Shown here one piece after another: positions 11,789-24,451 of a stretch of 64,000 nucleotides of DNA (its first letter is position 1; every line of letters starts with the position of its first letter). The stretch is from Octopus sinensis (Eukaryota), in assembly GCF_006345805.1 (NCBI RefSeq), contig NC_042998.1, positions 170,872,001 to 170,936,000 of the forward strand, read 5' to 3'. The translations under genes and the position numbers were made by a program. The notes under the pieces were generated by a model. It was not told the DNA's origin and did not search any database. It saw nothing but the letters and a program-made list of their open reading frames with translations.

Positions 11789-11903
11789 TATATGTATATT
11801 AATTATAATAACAGGGAAATCATTTAATATTATGTGATAATTTCTATTTGCTTAAATTTGACTTAACTAAACTCTTTTTTTTTCTTTTATGGTTTTTAAA
11901 CAG

Positions 11904-12032
11904 GTATTTGTACAGTATTTTATGTAAAAATCAAACAGTGACTGAAAATAACCGGTGCCTGCTGGTGGAGACATTGAGATCTATTTCTGAAATACTTATA
12001 TGGGGGGATCAACATGACAGTTCTGTGTTTGA
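11904..12032 (+). CDS. CLEC16A: CLEC16A/Ema/GOP-1 orthologue, first visible coding exon (YLYSILCKNQTVTENNRCLLVETLRSISEILIWGDQHDSSVF)
   Basis: cag| acceptor and |gtaagt donor. Peptide matches the recalled human CLEC16A N-terminus YLYHVLTKNTTVTEQNRNLLVETIRSITEILIWGDQNDSSVF. Start-codon exon not found in 1-11903, so presumably upstream of the window. Confidence 0.95.
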
Positions 12033-13711
12033 GTAAGTATTATCATAATCTGTGTTATACTTGTACTTTTCTACTTAACAGTATACGTGATTATTTCACA
12101 ATTTTCTTACTCAGTGAATTCCTTTAATCCAATGAAAATTATTGTACAGCAAAATAATATCAATATAATAATTTCTTTATATCTTAAAACTAGTGTGGAT
12201 ACAAACACAAATAGCATATATAGTGCTCTTTTGTGCTTCTTTCTCTCTGAATATAAACAATTTTTGATTTATTCTCAGAAAACGAATGTATGTATGTATA
12301 CATACACATAGCTTGTTGCCATGTGCTGTCCTTTAGGATTAGCACACATGTTGGTGCCACGTAAAAAGCACCTGCTCTGCTACTACATATAAAGCACCTG
12401 TGCTGGTGCCATGTTTAAAGCACCCAGTACACATTGTAAAGTGGTTTGCTTTAGGAAGGGCATCCAGCCATAGAAACCATGCCAAAACAGATAATTAGAT
12501 CCTAGTGCAGTTCTCTGGCTGGCCAGCTCCTGTTAAAACATTCAACAATCTATGCCAGCATGGAGAATGAACATTAAATGATGATGATTTGTTACAGTGA
12601 AACATATATCTGAGTTTTGTGGACTGTTATGTATCTTAATTTGTACAGCATGTTGTGTAGTTGCATTGCAATGGCTAGCAGTAGTAAGATTTGTAGTGTA
12701 GGTGGAACACAGCTGGAAAACACTGCAAGACTGGCTCAATTCCCACTGAAGCATTTTCACTGACATTGCTAATTCCCTTGGGGAAGGCATGAACATCACC
12801 TTTCATTTTTTTTCCCTTTCTGAAGGGTCTATTTACTCCTGATCTCTCTCTCTTTCTCGCATACACTCTGTCAATCAGTTGTAAGCAGAACAACCTAATC
12901 AGTCATGGATTGAAGACCATACATTGCATGGATGACTTCCTGGAAGTAATAAATATGTTCTATTTCCTAAGTAATTGATTAGGTTGTGATGTGTATTTGG
13001 ATATTGCATAGGTCTGGGAACTTTAACCTCCGCAGGCAACAATGAGTTTTTCTGCTTGTGTGAAACCTTATTGGTCAAAATGGTGAAGAGATGATTACCT
13101 GGAAGTAGATGTATAATATGAATGGATAATGTGTGTGTGTGTGTGTGTGTGTGTACACATGCATGCACCACATGTATCCTGGTTTTTAGATTAAGTACAT
13201 TGTGTCACTGTTGTCAGGAAGGAAGATATCTGTATACATTGCCTCAAAATTTTCTAGCCAACTCATGCCAGCATAGCTAAGTGGATATAAAAACAACAAC
13301 AATGATGATGATGCTGGCATGGATTGGATGGTTTAACCAGGGCTGGGAAGCTGAGGGGCTACACCAAAATCTAGTGTGATTTGGCATGCTTTCTATGGTT
13401 GGATGCCCTTCCTAATGCCAACCACTCTGAGAATGTAATGGGTGCTTTTATGTACCACTGGCATGGGTGTCAGTTTGCATGACATCAATATTTACCATGG
13501 CTACGATTTCACTTGGCTCGATGGGTCATTTCTTGTCATTTCTCTGAGAGGCCCAGTGTTCAGAAGGTGCTCTTTACATGTCACCAGCATGGGTGCTAAT
13601 TACATGACACCAGCATCAGCCACATTGCCTACATGAGGCCCAGTGCTGGAAAGGGGCTTTTTATGTGCCACAGCACAGGTGCCAGTTATGTAGATACACA
13701 TACACCTAGAC

Positions 13712-14090
13712 ACAGGTGTGACTGTATGGTAAATTTGCTTCCCAACCACACGGTCTTGGTTCAGTCCCACTGTGTGGCATCTTGGGCAAGTATCTTTTAC
13801 AGTATCCTTGTGCCAACTAAAGCCTTGTGAGTGGATTTGGGAGATGGAAACTGAAAGAAGCCTATCATATATCTATGTGTGTACCTTTGTATCCATATTT
13901 GTCCCCAGCCACTACTTGACAACTGATATTGGTGTGTTTATGTCCTTGTAACTTAGTGGTTCAGCAAAAGAAACTGATAGAATAAATACCAGGCTTTAAA
14001 AAAATAAGTCTTGGGGTTGATTTGTTCAACTAAAATCTTTCAAGGGGACACCCCAGCATGGCCACAGTCCAGTACTGGACCAAGTAAATG
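13712..14090 (+). mobile_element. tRNA-derived CORE-like SINE, family B
   Basis: ggttcagtcccactg B-box region, cttgggcaagt core, ccccagcatggccacagtc end; similar copies at 30743-31108(+) and 38633-39030(-). Confidence 0.8.
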
Positions 14091-15470
14091 TTATAATATG
14101 TATGCTAAATGAGAAACTGTCATGAGTTGAAATGGATTTGCAATAATAGCCTGAAGATTGTAAATGAGTTTATTAATATAGGAATGGTAAGCTTTGCTGA
14201 CAATTAAGATTGTTTAAAAAGATATATTACACAATTAAGATCTTTTAAAAAAATATATTTCCTTTTGTTTCATTCTTCCACCTGAGTAGAAATCAATAGC
14301 TGTTGCTGATGATATCTAAATGTATATAAACAAATGTATAAAAAAAGAAAAGATTATTGTAGAGTTTGACCTCATGGTCATTGTATCAGTAATTTGGGAC
14401 TTAGTCCTTTAATTAGTTTTCCTTTTTGAGTGAAACATTGTTTCTCTAGAATTGTTGGAAGATAGAAATATTATCAAGATGTTAATACTATGTCTTTAAA
14501 ATTTTGCAACAGAAGGTTGATGGAGGGAATAGGAAATGTTTATGTGTAAGTTTTATAATGAAATAACCATAAAATAAAGTTATTTATAACAGTGTACTTT
14601 TTCATGGCTTATGCAGTTATTTTAGTCCCAGTACACACTCTCAAATCAAGTTTCATGCCAACAAGTGTAACTCAACCCAAAATATATTTTTCTATATTTG
14701 ATCATTCAGCACAGTCTAGCATATATATCTTTATAGGGTTAGAAGCTGTGATTGTTACAATAATATCAGTTCAAATGCTTTACAGTGTTGTGTTTTGTTC
14801 TCCTTGTTTTACCTTTCAACCTTCAGTTGGAGAAGAACATTACTGGATCAATTTATTGAGTATACTCCTCCCATAACATATTTAATGATCTTCTTTTACT
14901 CTAAACACAATATAAAAAAAACCAATAAATTTCATAGATACTAACAAGTTGATAAAATTTTTAAATGTCTAAAATGATTTGTTTTTAATAAGATTATATC
15001 CCCCCCCCCAACACCTTAAGAGTGTATCATCATCATCATCATCATCATTTAGCGTCCGTTTTCCATGCTAGCATGGGTTGGACGGTTCTACTGGGGTCTG
15101 TGAAGCCAGAAGGCTTCATCAGGCCCAGTCAAATCTGGCAGTGTTTCTACGGCTGGATGCCCTTCCTAATGCCAAAATATATATATTAGTTCTAGTTGGT
15201 TTAATCTTGATTCATTATCAGGTATTTTGTTCCTGAACATATCCAGTAATAAAAACCCCAAGGTTGATCAAAGGAATCAAAATGCAGATAGAGATATACA
15301 CTATAATTTTCCTCAACTTTAGATTAATTTTTAAAAAGTTTTTATCAAGTTCATATTATATTGTTGAAGCTTTTCCTAATATGCCTGGAACACTTTGTAT
15401 GCAGTAATCTGTGTTATCTTTTGGTTTACTGTTAGTTTAAGATCAATTTTGTTTGATAAATCTTTTACAG

Positions 15471-15604
15471 CTTTTTCTTGGAAAAGAACATGCTGTCATT
15501 TTTTCTACGTTATCTACGTCAAAAATGTGGTCGCTACATCTGTGTCCAGTTGTTACAGACTTTAAATATTTTATTTGAAAATATTAGTAATGAAACCTCA
15601 TTGT
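15471..15604 (+). CDS. CLEC16A: CLEC16A exon (FFLEKNMLSFFLRYLRQKCGRYICVQLLQTLNILFENISNETSL), FPL domain
   Basis: tttacag| and |gtaagt; phase 2 to 1 consistent with neighbours; conserved VQLLQTLNILFENI motif. Confidence 0.95.
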
Positions 15605-15832
15605 GTAAGTATATATCATACTTTCATTTACTTTGTTTATGAATGATATATAAAAAAAAACCCAGTTGTATTTTTTTCCTTTTTCAATCCTTACACCTTC
15701 AAAATTGATCTACTTCTAATTTGAAGAAATTAAATGTTGTATCATCTGTAATATTATTAGTAATCTTAATAACCATTCAATAATTTGGAGATATTTTCAA
15801 AAGAATAATTGTATGTTTTCTTCTTTTTCCAG

Positions 15833-15900
15833 ACTATTTACTCTCAAACAACCACATCAACTCTATCATTGTTCATAAATTTGATTTCTCAGATGAAGAG
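15833..15900 (+). CDS. CLEC16A: CLEC16A exon (YYLLSNNHINSIIVHKFDFSDEE)
   Basis: ttttccag| and |gtaaga; conserved LLSNN..NSII.HKFDFSDEE. Confidence 0.95.
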
Positions 15901-17223
15901 GTAAGACAGCAAACTAAGTGAGGTTTTTGACTAAATATACTTACCATCACTTCATCGAATGCTTAAAATCTGATATTGTATAAAGCTAAAATTGTGATAT
16001 ATGAGATCTACTACTCATCTAAATATCTCACTATTTCATTGGACACCCAAAAATATGATGGTGGCTTGAAAAATTCAGGGAAAATCTGTACCTTAAATAT
16101 TTAAAGGAAAATTTTGTATACCCCAAATTTTTATTTGGATTACATTTATCACTTTGTTTGAGTAGTGGCAGACCTGTGCCATTTTAAAATCCTCTTGGAA
16201 TAGTGAATGGTAATTGGGCTTATTTTGATAAACCAATGTCATTGTTGTACTGGCACATGACAGAAAAATATAGAAGGAAAATATAACCATGTTAGTTTGA
16301 TTGCAATAGTATCCCTCGCTTGTGTGTAGAGATTCAATGGATAAACAACTGTGTAGCAATTGTGATATAACCAGTAATCTTATCTTAATAGCCTTTACTT
16401 AAAAAGTAATTCTCTGATTTTTCTCTGAAATATTTAAGGTCCTTAACAAGGTTTTGCTTATTTAACATAGCTATTTTATAAGTACCATACTTTGTTATTG
16501 AGTGATACTCCTAAAAGCATGCAGATGTCAAAAAAAGCTTCTCTTCAGAAATGTGCCTTTTTTTACCTAAATGCACATTTAATTTGAGAGAGTGAGAAAC
16601 AAAAAATCCCAGAAAGAGAATGCACATTTTACTCTCCTCTTCAGCACATAAAAACGTAAAAACCAATAAGAATATAATCTAATTTAGCATCTTTTTGTTG
16701 TATTGACTTTTATGTGATTGGGTCAAATGAAACTAACAAAGATTTGTTTTATTCTAATTACTATATTTTTATATACTATATATTTTTATAAAATATTTTA
16801 TATTTTATTCTAATTACTATATTTTTATATTATATTTTATTTTACTATATATTTTATATTTTTATAGCCACAGACTATATTGATATGATGTTAGTCTGTC
16901 TGTTGGCCATAGATCCATACTTTGTGTCCCAGGATTACTCAGCGTTAGTGATCTAGGAATTTAACACTGGTTCAGTCCATCTAAGTACCATGTGTAGGTA
17001 CAGCTAACTTCTAGAAGTAGCATAAACAATTTAACTTTGTTTCATTGATTTGATGTGCTGAGTTAAAATCCTTTCATTGTGGTAGTTTCAAGAATAATGG
17101 GCTCTACTCAGTTAACTTATCCTAGCAAAATTACTTGATGTATTTTTCATGTCTTCTTATGGTATTCAATATGATTGCCTTTATTGTAACTTTTTGTTAA
17201 AATCTGTTAACCATATCTTACAG

Positions 17224-17304
17224 GTGATGGCCTACTATATTTCATTCTTGAAAACATTGTCTTTAAAACTAAACCGACATACAATTCACTTTTTCTACAA
17301 TGAG
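17224..17304 (+). CDS. CLEC16A: CLEC16A exon (VMAYYISFLKTLSLKLNRHTIHFFYNE)
   Basis: ttacag| and |gtaagt; conserved AYYISFLKTLSLKLN. Confidence 0.95.
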
Positions 17305-18155
17305 GTAAGTATTGGTCCTTAGGTTTTACATTATTTTTATATATTGCCTTCTTCTTTTATTACATTTCTCCACTTGCCATAGAAAAATATAAAGAATTAT
17401 AGTATGAATACATTTCCTTTGTTTTTCATTTTAAAAATAATTTGAGATAACATTCTGCTCATGAGAATAGTCTTTGGGTATTTGTAAATTGTCATACACC
17501 AAAACAGTTGTAAAAATAATTATAAGAAGGAGTTTCACTATATCCCCCTCCTCCATGACCAACACAATTATTTAATCTTTAGAGGTATGTTACAAGTGAT
17601 TTGGATATTGCTCTGTTGGCAACCTTGATTATCAAAATATAATTTGATTTTTACCTTCTAGTGTGCCATCACCTCTTCTTATCTGGAGCCAATTCTATTG
17701 AAATCCATCCCTCATTCTTATCACCTTCCCACGATTCATATTTACCACTGACCACTTCTCCACCCTTGTTCACCATTCACCACCCATCTCTCCACAAACT
17801 CTTGCAACCTCTACTAACCCACCTATCCCAATCTGTCCTTATAAGCTCTTTAATTCACCTTGTGCATTGAGGACACATTCTTATATCTTGTTACCATTTT
17901 TATCTCTCTTCCAGCTCCATCCCAGTTACTCTCATTTACCTTTATATAATGAAAGGTAGCCATGTATCTCCTCTACTGCAAGAAACCTGTTCCTTCTATT
18001 GTACTTTAACATCTATCATAAAGCCACTTTTCTCTCTATTAAGCTCCCACTTGGTCTTATTCAAGGGGGCTTTTTAGTCTTGTGAATTATATGTTGATAT
18101 GTCACTCTCACTAGAAGCCTATCACGTGCATGTATGTGCATGTGTATATATGATG

Positions 18156-18191
<36 letters not shown>

Positions 18192-18507
18192 GTTGTATGT
18201 GTGTATATCCTTGTCTTGACCTCCTATGATAATTATAAAATATTAACATCATATAGATGGTGTCCTTTGTTTCCAAACTTCTGTGAAAACATGTCTAACC
18301 AGGAAGAAGCATTCCCTTACTTGGCAACAGGAAAGGCATCTAATCATAGAAAACCTGCCTCAACAAATTCTGTCTGACTTGTGCAAGCATGGATAAGAGG
18401 ATGTTAAAATGATGAAGATGATATACATATAGATATATGATGATGAAGGTTTCTTAGGACTACTTTCTCTTGTAAAAATTTCTTCTTTACTATCTTTTCT
18501 TTTGCAG

Positions 18508-18613
18508 CATACAAATGATTTTGCACTTTATACAGAAGCCATAAAATTTTTCAATCAGCATGAGACTATGGTCCGAATTGCTGTCCGAACTATTACTTTA
18601 AATGTATATCGAG
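18508..18613 (+). CDS. CLEC16A: CLEC16A exon (HTNDFALYTEAIKFFNQHETMVRIAVRTITLNVYR)
   Basis: ttttgcag| and |gtgagt; conserved FALYTEAIKFF and MVRIAVRTITLNVY. Confidence 0.95.
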
Positions 18614-19653
18614 GTGAGTGAGATGCAACCCTTACACTATTACATTAAATGTATTTTAGAAGCAAGTAATGACACTATCTGTACAATGGATGTATGGTAT
18701 GAAAACAACTAGAAGTTAGTCACAGTTCTATTTTTAATATTCTATTCAAGGTTTTAAAACATTTGTCAAAATGTAGTTTCTTTTTTATACATTGTAAACA
18801 AAAATGCATATAGACTAATGAATGACTTGGTTAAAGTAATGGCTAAGTGGACTGATTTACTGATATAAAATTTAGATTATTATTATGAATGAAGGAAGTT
18901 TACTTTCTGTTCTATATAATGTTTATGAAGATAAAAATCATGATAGTTTGATGGATAGCATGAACTTGAAACATTGTAAATGACCACAGTATGTATGAAA
19001 TTGTTGTATATAAGGAAACATTAGTTATAGGGAGATAAACAAAAGTTTTAAAACTAGCCTTAGTGAAATAATGAAATCAGTTTAAAGAAAGGCAGTATTC
19101 TCCTATTGTATGGTGTCAATGTGGGTTTTAAGTGTATCATTAAAGGTATTATTTTAATGTAGTGCATCTAAATCAGCCAGAAGCAGTGAGAACAAATATT
19201 TTCAAATGCCAGACATGAATTCAAAGCTTCTAAGCTAGTGGATCCTCACAGTATGATCAAATAGCATAGTTCACAGTAGCTGAAGCTATGTCATCTTTTG
19301 GTATATATTTATAGTTAGATGGCCTGGGTTGAGCTAAATGTTTTAGCCACTGTCATTGTGCATCATTGGTGAGTATATATAATTTACTCTTTGCCTGATC
19401 ACCTGATACATTATTGACTCTTGTTCCACTGTTTAGGAATTTCATATTTCCAGGAATTGCAGAGATACTTATTCAATGAGGTTTAATATATCCTTATACT
19501 GAAGGATTAATTAAATAAGTTTGATTTTATTTTTGAGATAATTAAGGAGGAATAGTGAGATACTTTGCTTGGAGGAAGCTTGAATAGATTGTTAATTTAA
19601 GTATTTGTGGAATTTAATCTTGGAAAAATTATGAAGTTTAGTCTTTTTTTCAG

Positions 19654-19677
19654 TATATCATTGGAAGACATTGTCAG
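19654..19677 (+). CDS. Candidate 24-nt cassette microexon (adds YHWKTLSV)
   Basis: tctttttttcag| and CAG|gtatga; phase 1-1, no stop; no homology support. Confidence 0.25.
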
Positions 19678-20314
19678 GTATGAAGAAGGTTGATAAAATA
19701 TTTGGAGATGGTTACTAAATAGCCTTGATTTAATATTATTTAGATGTGATCTCTTCACTACTAAACATTTTCCTGTCTAATCTGCTGCTTTCTCAGACTT
19801 TTTAAAATATATTTTCTTCATGCTGTAATGGTGGAAGCTTTCCTGGACATCTTTGCCATCTTGACACAAAACTTTCAAACCACCATTTAATGTTTATACT
19901 GGGTTTAATTTGAAATTCTTCATTCAAAACTATTTTTGTTGAACCTCAACTTAGAAAATTTATTTTTTCTTAAACTATCTTACTTCTTTGATCATTTTTT
20001 TTTATTTTAGTAAATTTAAGGACCACTGAGATGGTTAGATCTTGGTGTCTCATAACTGTGTTTCAATCTTTCTGTAGTAGCCATTGCCTTTCACCCTTCT
20101 AATGCTAATTAAATAAATACCAGTTAAATACTAGGATCAACTCATCATTTCTCTTCAAAAATTGTGACTTGTGAAAAGAAATTTATTTTAACAATCTTTA
20201 GCTATAAATTTAGATATATATCCTAAAATATGATTTGCAAATTAACATTTCCTTTATATTGAAATATATATAATTTGATTTTAAAGTAAAATTGTTAATT
20301 TTTTTTTTTTCCAG

Positions 20315-20438
20315 TGGATGATAAAGCAATGTTGAGATATATTCGGGATCGAACAGCAGCTCCTTATTTTTCAAATCTTGTTTGGTTTATTGGTAACCAT
20401 ATCTTAGATCTTGACTGTTGTGTACGCAATGATGCTGA
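20315..20438 (+). CDS. CLEC16A: CLEC16A exon (VDDKAMLRYIRDRTAAPYFSNLVWFIGNHILDLDCCVRNDA)
   Basis: poly-T ccag| and |gtaagt; conserved PYFSNLVWFIG. Confidence 0.95.
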
Positions 20439-21110
20439 GTAAGTATTTCTTTCACCGCTTCCAAAATATATCCCAGTAATAGTCTTAGCTGTGTTGATTT
20501 AACACACTTACTAGCTATTTCATCTGTCTTTTGCTTGTATCTTTTATTTCCTAATCTTCTATCAGATTGGATTGCTTTGCAAATATAATATTGATATTTG
20601 TATACAGATTAGAGAATAATGTTTTGAGATTCTTAAAGTAAATAAATTATTTTATAATATGGATTATGTTCTTCTGCAACAATTAAAATGTACATTTTTA
20701 ATTTAAATATTTGAATAATTAATTTCAAGATTTGATTAAAAATTTTAATGAGGTTTAATATAAAATATACATTGTCGTGTGTCTCTAAATATTTGTATGT
20801 GTACAGGTGTTCCAAATGTACTACTGTTAATGATTAGAGGTATAAAATATAAGAGGAAATGCAGAAAGAGTTCTAGAACATGTATGTGTATGTAGATTTG
20901 AAATAAGTATCCATATGAAATGTTTGGAAATTTTTTAAACCAGAAAAAATTCAATACAAGTAATATTGGGGAGATTTTTTTCCCCATTGCTATATCTAGA
21001 GTGCTGTGTGGTTGTTGTCATAAATATATCAGTTGGAAAGAACAGATCTATTTACTGAATGATTGACTGTGAGATTTATTGGTTTAGTGACTATTTGGGA
21101 AACTGGAGTA

Positions 21111-21177
<67 letters not shown>

Positions 21178-22050
21178 TAGAGTGCAGTGAATATATTATC
21201 ATCTAAATTATGCAAAAATGAAAATAACACTGACATCTTATTTTAACAGATATATTTATCAAAATTACATAAAAATATCTTGAAATACTAAAGAGTAAAT
21301 TTATTCAATAAAATCACCATTGATTTCAACCACGGCCTCCAGATGGCTTTGGAATCTCCTGCAACTCTTCTGGATGGTCTCCTTGTTTAAGTTGGTGAAT
21401 GCTGCCATAATCCTTACCTTCAGTTTATCTTTCGTGTTACAAGGGGTTTTGTTGGTCTCTTGTTCAGCTGTGCCCCACACATAATAATCAAGGAGGTTGC
21501 AGTCTGGGGAGTTAGGTGGCCAGATTATTAAGAGGTAGGTGATGTAGTCACAAAGATTGTCTGACAGCCATGACTGAGTTCTCCCGCTTGTGTGGAATGG
21601 TGCAGAGTCCTGTTGCCAGACATTGGGTCTTCCAGCAGCCATCCTCTTGACCAAGGGCAGCACTACCTTCTCCAGGTACTTGATGTTGGCCTCCATGTTA
21701 AACCTGAGGCCATGTGGGCAGATGAATCAAGGCATAACGTCACCATCACTAGTGGTCACTCCATACACCATGATGCTGACTGGATGTTTGATTTTAATCA
21801 CCAGTACATGTCCTCAGATTGACACCCAAACACGCTGAAATATTCATACTGGAGCTTCCAGTGTGAATGCCAAGCAGTACAGCATGCTGTTTCCAGATTT
21901 CTGGCAGAGTGAATTGCGTCATGGTGCTGTTTTTCTCAGATGATGCTCAACTGACCCTACCATACTGTGTAGTTGACAATCAAAAACAAACCAGGTGCAT
22001 GCGCAAAAATAAAAATATAAAATGCCAATGATTTACCCATTGCACCCTGT
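21178..22050 (-). mobile_element. Internally deleted Tc1/mariner element of DDxD (maT/DD37D-like) type
   Basis: WQQDSAPFH...WPPNSPDCNLLDYYVW (39 residues between the Ds in this copy); degenerate TIRs agagtgcagtga / cattgcaccctg, in TA microsatellites. Confidence 0.8.
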
Positions 22051-22082
<32 letters not shown>

Positions 22083-22724
22083 AAATTAATTAAGGGTAGA
22101 AATTGATATTAGTCAATTAAAACCAGTGGTCTAGCATATTAAAAAGAATCCAAAGATTAAAATATTTATATATACCAATTAAGGACTGAACACGAAAAGT
22201 GGACAGTCAACATGCTAGATATAGACGTCAAATTGCCATTCTCCACAAAGATTATGTTCTCAAATAAAACATATTTTATATATACATATAGTTGACTCTT
22301 GTTTTTTTATACATCCTGCTAGGCCTTAGGCTTATAGTATAATGAATAAAAGTAAATATGTAAAAGATTTTTGAGTGCAAAGATATTTGAGAAAATTGCA
22401 TCATGTAGATCTGACAATTTCCAGATTTAGGAATTATAGATGATGAATAATTACAGGAATGATGCGATAAGCATTAATTAAAAGAAAATTCTGGATACCA
22501 TTTAGCTATAATGATCCTTGCATTAATTTTGTTTATTAAATTATAATTATTAATAGTAGTTAGTATTTAGATTTTGCCACAAAGTAAAGTTTGTGTAAAG
22601 GGAAACAGCTGTTCAAAGTATTTTTTTATGAGCTTAATAAACAGATACACAGTATTATTTTTGTAATATAGACTATTGTGGTTAATTATTTGTAAATCAT
22701 GGTTTCTAACATGCTATTTTTCAG

Positions 22725-22914
22725 TCACCAAAGTCGAGATAGACTGGCTGACCTAGTTGCTGAACATTTAGACCACTTGCACTACCTCAATGATATTCTC
22801 TGTCTCAACATAGACGAACTCAATGAAGTGCTTGTTGAGCATTTGCTGAATCGATTACTTATTCCTCTTTATGTGTACTCTTTGACAAAGAGGAAAAAGT
22901 ACTCAAACAGACAG
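22725..22914 (+). CDS. CLEC16A: CLEC16A exon (HQSRDRLADLVAEHLDHLHYLNDIL...LLNRLLIPLYVYSLTKRKKYSNRQ)
   Basis: ttttcag| and |gtaaga; DLVAEHLDHLHYLNDIL matches recalled human sequence. Confidence 0.95.
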
Positions 22915-24451
22915 GTAAGATTGTCAAATGTGAGGGACCAAATTTTTTGTTCACTTACAAAAAAATATTTCGGATTTGAAATAACATTTTTAAAGCTACC
23001 TTTATTCCTTATTTTAAGTAAAGGGCCAGGAAATTTCACATAAGTAATAATTTACTCACTGGTGTTGATAAAATAGATATTCTATTTGGTAAAATTTAGA
23101 CTCTGTTGTAACATAAGGTAATGTAGATTATGCAACTTTATATTCCAAACCATATATGCTTTATTCATAGTTTGTTATTTATTTATTTATGTTTTGGTTA
23201 CTGTGTGATCAAGAAGGGGAGGGTAGCACCTATGATCCTTTAAGTTTTTTAGGGGCTCTAAGACTGGTGAAAAGAAGGGAAGAGGTTATCCTCAAATTGG
23301 AAAACTATCTTAAATGCTTGTAATAGAGTGAACTCTACTAAAGGCACCCAACGATCTGGTGGTGGTGTTAAATTGGGCAACAGATAAAATTTACAACCCA
23401 AGAACTTTAAATACAAATAGCTGGAACAAATACCACAAGGTATCATGTCTAACCTCCTTACAATTCCTCCAACCCATTACCACCTTGAACTAGTACTTTT
23501 ATTAATTGATCCCAAAAGGATGAAAGCAAAGTTGATTGGTAGGATTTGAATTCACAGCATAAGGAACCAGAACAAATAATTGCTTCAAATTTTGGCACAA
23601 GGCCAGCAATTTTAGGGAGAGGAAGTTAGTTGACTACATTGATCTCACTACTTGGTTGGTACTTAATTTTATTGATCCTAAAGGATGAAACGCAAAGTTG
23701 ACCTTGGAAGAATTTGAACCCAGAACGAAAAGAGCTGGAACAAATAATGCAAGGCAATTTTTGTCCTGTTTGCTAATGACTCTGCCAGTTCATCACCAAT
23801 GTATATGCATTTTAGCATTTTATATAATTATGTATAATTGTTTTGTTTTATAAGTTAATGAGGAAGAGAGGGCAGGTTCATTTACAGGTCATGCCAGGTG
23901 CAGTTGATGTCCAACCCAAATATCGAGGTCAATGTCTTTAGAAAAATTGCATGTAAAGAGCGAACCAGAAGACTTGTTCAAATGCTTGCAATTAATTAAA
24001 ATTTTTTTCAAAATACTCAAGAGCCAGGTGGTGGTATTAAACCTAATGGCATATTTGAGTTGTCATCCATGTAGTCTACTATAAAGTACAAATGGCTAGA
24101 CTAATGACTTCAAAAATCATGAGCTCAAACAATACTATAGCTCACATGTTGTTTGTGAAGCTCATAAGTCTGCTCTTTTTTTCTTGTTGCTTGACTGCTT
24201 AAATTAATTTCACTTCAAATAAAATAAGTGCTAGTTTCTGAACCCCAGTCCTGTATCCTCGAACCAGTTATTGAAACTTATACACTGCATGTAAATGTGT
24301 TTTTTAGCGTTACGTATTGAGTATTTTTCTTCCTTGAAGTTGTTGGTGATTCTTCTTTCTTTCAGATTTTAACCCTTTTGCTACCATTTTACTTTGAAAT
24401 TATTAAGAATTTGGAGGAATTTAGTTAAATAACTAATTTTTTTCATTATTA

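Noticed and set aside
1-11903. Search for the CLEC16A start exon (human MFGRSRSW...HSLDHLK equivalent) or a promoter
   Set aside because: No matching peptide with a phase-2 donor seen; probably upstream of the window
12279-12287. ctcag|AAAACGAAT|gtatgt 9-nt microexon-like pattern
   Set aside because: Donor comes from a GTAT microsatellite and inclusion would disrupt the conserved VFDFFLEK motif; it shows such patterns arise by chance
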